Shown: in pieces, positions 59,338-64,000 of the stretch
How the letters are laid out: each line of letters starts with the position of its first letter
Numbering within the stretch: the stretch's first letter is position 1
From: Dimorphilus gyrociliatus
Taxonomy: Eukaryota > Animalia > Annelida
Assembly (NCBI GenBank): GCA_904063045.1
Contig: CAJFCJ010000006.1
Coordinates: 992,001 to 1,056,000 of the forward strand
Length of the DNA stretch: 64,000 bases
Direction of reading: 5' to 3'
Translations under genes and position numbers: made by a program
Notes under the pieces: generated by a model
What the model saw: the letters and a program-made list of their open reading frames with translations, nothing else
What the model was told of the DNA's origin: nothing
Database searches by the model: none

Positions 59338-62300
59338 TTACCGATGAAGAGATTCAATTTCTCCAACATTCCTTCTATCAGGGTCACCCGTGCATATAAA
59401 CCCTAAAAGATTCTTATCCACTTTTTGCATTCTCTTTCTTCCTCTTTTAACCTTCTTACTAGCTTCATCAGAACTTTGCTATAAGACAACAATGAACAAT
59501 AAAAAAAAAAGTTATAAAAAAGTTAAGCTATTACTTGAGACACATTTAATTGACTGGCAGCACTAGTATGATAAGAATCACCTAAGCCTGCTGATGATCT
59601 GCGTGCCACGTATTCTCTACAGAAACGCTCAACAGCATCAGTGGGGCCAAAATGACTTGTGCATATTTCGCGGACATCTTCTAAAGTCTGCAATTCCTTT
59701 AACAGTGATATAAAGGTGCGAGCTACGAACAAAAAGCATTCGTTAAATTCGTCGGTTAGTTTGTGAAAGGGGACACTGGTATTCTAATTTCTAATTAAGA
59801 TGGTCGAAGGTTGTCCGAGCAACGTCTTTAAATACCAGTGCCCCAGATCTATCCTTTGCAGCAAGCCGATACTTACTGTCTACCGAGGAATCGATGCTCG
59901 TTAAAGCCTGCTCGCACCACCCGTTAAAATCTACATTCTCTTTCATTACTGGCTCAAAAATTCTGTCAATATTAGCCATTTTATCCATTCTTGACATTTG
60001 TTGCATCGGTTCAAAAACAGGAGTGTTTGGAGCTTTGGCCCAGGCACCTGTCCTGGCCCATTGAGTTGATGTACCCCACACGGCATTCTGCGGAACTGAT
60101 ACTGGAGGTACTTGACTTGGTAATGTTTTTGAGGCTAGCTCATTCTCTTGCTCTTGTTGTATTTGAAGAAATTTCTGAGGTTGTGCATTAGAAGGAGCAC
60201 TCCATGTTTTTGCGCTTTGATTTGCAGAAGCCTCTAATTGGCGATAATTCTCGGCAATTTGCTGAGCCTCCATTTGTTGAGCTTCCAATTGTTGTATTTG
60301 AGATAAAGGCATTGGACCATTTGACGTTGTTGGTTGGGTAACTCCCCATGTTGCATTTGCTGGCAAGTGATGTCTTCGTCTAGCTTCGGCTTGTTGTCTT
60401 TCTTGTCTTTTTCTTATTTCTTCGTTTCTTTGGATTTCTAATTCAATTTCTCTTTGTCTTTTCTGTTCTTCTAATTGTTGTCGTCGTCTTAATTCTTCTG
60501 TTTCAATCATTCGCTGTTTTAAATCTTGCTCTTCACGTAGTTTTTCTATTCGTCTTCTCTCACCTTCTTCTCTCTATCAAAGTTATAAAAAAAATTGTTT
60601 ACTACTTAGGAGCTACTTTTTATTAAGTGAATATATACCCTTAGATCTTCCAATAAACGAGACGCTTCTTTACGTTTTCTCATTTCTTCTTCCTCTCTCT
60701 AGTAGAAGATATAATTTATTGATTGCTTAACAGGCTAAAAAATGAGTATTACCCGATAATGCTCCATTAAGACATCTTTTTGTTGCTTCATCATCTCTTC
60801 TGCTTCCCTAATCTCTCTAATCGTGGCCTCTTGCCGCTTTCTTTCAACTTCTTGTTCCTAAAAATAATAAGTTTCAATTTGGAGCCTAAGCAAAAAAGAG
60901 GAAAAAATTGTCCTTACCATGCGCTGTCTTTGGTATTCTTTTTGGAAAAGAGCTTGTATGGGATCTCTAGTTTCCATTTCTGGCTCCCAAATACCTGGTT
61001 GTCGCATTGGACCATCAGCAGTCCAGGATCTCATGGTGGATGGAATGGGTCCTGAAGCATGAATAATTGAAGGATCGGAAACAGTTGAAATTTGTTGCTG
61101 AGCGGCGAGTTGCTGTTGTTTTTGAACTGTTTGAGCAGCAACGTGTTGCAAATCAACAGCAGACATAGACTTGTAATTTTCCTGCTGAGCAAGATTGAAC
61201 ATTACTTGACATATTTGAGCCTTTTGATGAATTTGTTGTTGATGCAGTAAGTATAATTTATATTGCTCTGTTGGATACGATCCCATTTGATCGGGTGTTG
61301 GTGGAGGGCGAGCTGTGTCTTGTGGTCCGAAAGGAACGTATGTGTTCATAGCCTTCATAACTTGTCCCAAAGTGCGAAACGCACCGAGACGACCCTTACG
61401 TAACTGAAGGTCCATGGTAAAGTAACCTGCTAAATACCATTCCCACATCTCGTTGTCATTAAATGGTCCCTGAATTTTTCCTTGAGGATCACGATAAAAC
61501 CACTTATCAGCATCCACATCTACTTCTTCTTTTTCATCTACATTTAAACTAGCAATCAAGTTTTCAGCTGCTCTCGCATGATCTTCCAATATGTCCTCAG
61601 TTTTTACTTGAGCAGTTTCTACCGCTGGTTGAATTTCGCTATGTTCAACCAACGGTGCTTTGGCACTTTGGTTTACATTATCTACAGTTCTATGTGCAGT
61701 ATGTACAGTAGTAACAGGTGGTAGCTGTGAAGGTCTGACTTCAGGCTGTTTAGAGAAGTGTTTTATTGTAGATACAACACTGTTACAGATTAATATGTAT
61801 AAAATCCTACCGAGCTACTTTGAGCACCATTATTATTCTGTAATTCAAGTTTCTTAGTGTCATCAGTATTAGCATTAGAATTATCTGTGGATTTCTTTTG
61901 AGCATCTACTGAAGAATTTTTCGATTCTACATTCTCTTCTTTGGGTTTATCTACATTATTTAACTCCTAAAAAAGATATAAAATTTTTAAAATATTAAAA
62001 ATTAGTTACTGTGTAATAATTACTTTAACTGATCTGAAGGCACCACTGGCATCGAAAGTTCCTTGTCCATCAGATCCATCGGCATCATCGTTCATCCATT
62101 CTGGTGTTTCTTCCTCGTCATATCTTCCTTCGGGTCTGCTACGAGATCGCTGGTAACCATCATGCTCTGAGTTTCGTGAACGCGATTCTCTTGGTTCTCG
62201 CCAGGCTCTTGAACTGGAATTCCATCTACCACCTTTACGCCAATCGTCATTGTCATTTGTATCATCTTTTCTCCTCCAATCGCTTGCTTCACTTGACATG

Positions 62301-63123
62301 GAACGATATAAACTTTTGCTTGGAGAACCACTTCCACTGCTACCACCACCACTACCGCCACCACCCGCAGCTGGACTTGTGCCTGTCTCTTCGTATCCTC
62401 TTCCAGGAAAGGGGCGTTCATTTCTGCTTTCAGCTGTAAATGATAAGATTCAATGTAAATGAATGTTTTATTAGGCTTTGTAATAATTGAAAAGTACCTC
62501 TCTCTCCTTCACTCTCCCAGTCTCCTCGTCTTGGTCTCGGAAAACCAGGAATATTGTCATCATCTCGATTATATGAACTATCACCTCGGCCTCTGCCTCT
62601 CCCTCGACCCCTTTCAGCTCCTCTACCTCGGCTAGGAGGCGCTGTCGGTCGACCCATCAGTCTCAAAGCCAAATTACTGTTTACTGATGGCGACATTAAA
62701 CGCTGTTAACAAAAAAAAGAATTAGTAAGAAAATCAATGACATTTAACTGTCTGACACGTACTTGTTCCTCTTCCGTAATACTAATATAGTTGAGCGGCT
62801 CCTGAGGCTGCTCTTTAAGAATGGATGAAAACTCGCTTAAATCTTCTGGAAGTTCATTCGACGATATACTACACGCATATAAATCGAGCATCTCTTCTTT
62901 GCCATAACGACGATCAACACGCTTGTATTGAACTGGAAATGCTGGAGGTGACGTTGACCTTACAGGAGGCCCTCCCCCAGTATTAGTTGTCGTATTTGGA
63001 CAATCCGTCATCTTTCTCATCCTGTTCGTTAGAATATGAACAATTAACAAATACACGACGAAGGATTTGTGCACATTACCATTCAGGACCAAACTTTTGC
63101 GTAGTCTTGCTATTATCGGACAT
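59338..63123 (-). CDS. GIGYF2: GRB10-interacting GYF protein (GIGYF1/2 family), multi-exon
   Basis: N-terminal KFGPEW (exon 63123-63080), RYGKEEMLDL 4EHP-binding-like motif, GYF domain WFYRDPQGKIQGPF..WYLAGYF, coiled coil, and C-terminal KNLLGF..RRNVGEIESL. Confidence 0.92.
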
Positions 63124-63434
63124 TTCTGTAACTATGATTTTCTGAAAAAATTGAAAATTATTAAAAAACTGAATATATATCTATAGTTGTTTTATATGAC
63201 TTAAAACAAAAACTAAGGACACATACGCAAACATTTGCAACATACGCATGGACACATTAATCGGCAATCGAGGGTTTTTAAGTGCAAAAGTTCAAGGAGC
63301 AATCACGTCATTCATTAGATAAAACGAAAGAACGTTACAAAAACTAGTCTATTAAGTGTTCAACTTACATGAAATATGTTTAATAAACGAATTTAGTTCG
63401 ATTTTTTTGAGAATTCTGGAAAAATGCACACGCG

Positions 63435-63663
63435 AAAATGGCCGCAATATGTATTTGGGTCACGTGATGTAGCTGCCATACGCTGATTGGTTAAAATTGG
63501 CCAACGATCAGCAGCTATCAGTAGTCCCACAGCAAATGAAATGTTTTTCTGTAATTATTTAGAATTATCATAAAACTCTAGTAGATCGTAATTTTCCGAT
63601 CCCTTACAATGTAAATATAATGTTTTAAGTTCTTGCAATTAAGCACTGACAAGGTCACGTGAT
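63435..63663. promoter_or_regulatory. Housekeeping-type promoter motifs upstream of GIGYF
   Basis: YY1-like AAAATGGCCGC at 63435-63445, GTCACGTGAT E-boxes at 63459 and 63654, and ATTGG (CCAAT) at 63486. Confidence 0.5.
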
Positions 63664-64000
63664 TGAGAAATTATCTTTCAAGCATATTATTGAACTCGTA
63701 TTTTCTCCTTTACAATACGCACTTTGAAAGTTCCCTTAACTTTTTATATTCTCCCTTTGGGAAAATTTTGAAAAAGTTTTATTTATACTCTTTTAACATT
63801 TCATGCTTAGGTATTTATGGACATTGCCTTCCAAATGAAATCTGAAAAGATTTCGATCGAATTTTCCACACGAGATTTTTAAAGTACGAAAGAAATTTGT
63901 ATATTTAAAAATCCAGGAGACAAAGCTGTTGATTTTACCATATATCTCAACAAAGTAATATATAAAGTAAATTATTTATTTATTTAATTAATTTTAGTTC

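Noticed and set aside
1-64000. CRISPR arrays, rRNA, tRNA or prokaryotic defence systems
   Set aside because: The window is spliceosomal-intron-containing animal DNA; no repeat-spacer array, cloverleaf or rRNA core motif was seen. The 18S-like words at about 25.55-25.59 kb are the complements of U14 guides.

Overview
Gene-dense, AT-rich animal genomic DNA with mostly 55-70 nt GT-AG introns. It looks like a compact lophotrochozoan genome; a miniature annelid such as Dimorphilus is a guess from intron size and gene content and is unverified. Exon structures were reconstructed by hand from splice signals and reading-frame continuity. Left to right: two tandem L1/neuroglian-like adhesion genes; an unexplained GC-rich, palindrome- and hairpin-dense element at 7.45-7.71 kb; a 16-exon LIM + 2xGoLoco + RapGAP gene; an alpha-1,3-fucosyltransferase; a Tc1-type transposon with an intact DD35E transposase; a triplicated head-to-head unit of HSP70 (minus) and a receptor guanylyl cyclase-like gene (plus). 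In that unit copy A is an HSE-driven HSC70 hosting a U14 snoRNA, the middle copy is a relic cut off by a second Tc1 fragment, and copy B is an EEVD-less, HSE-less HSP70 next to the full-length receptor, whose cyclase domain looks catalytically dead. Then NOA1, a vWA-only protein, EDC3, an orphan tail-anchored protein overlapping HSCB by 9 nt, GPANK1 and PDRG1 (apparently sharing one non-coding first exon), RCC2, a phospholipid scramblase, a TSP1-Ig-EGF-TM protein and GIGYF. No CRISPR, rRNA or tRNA was recognised.
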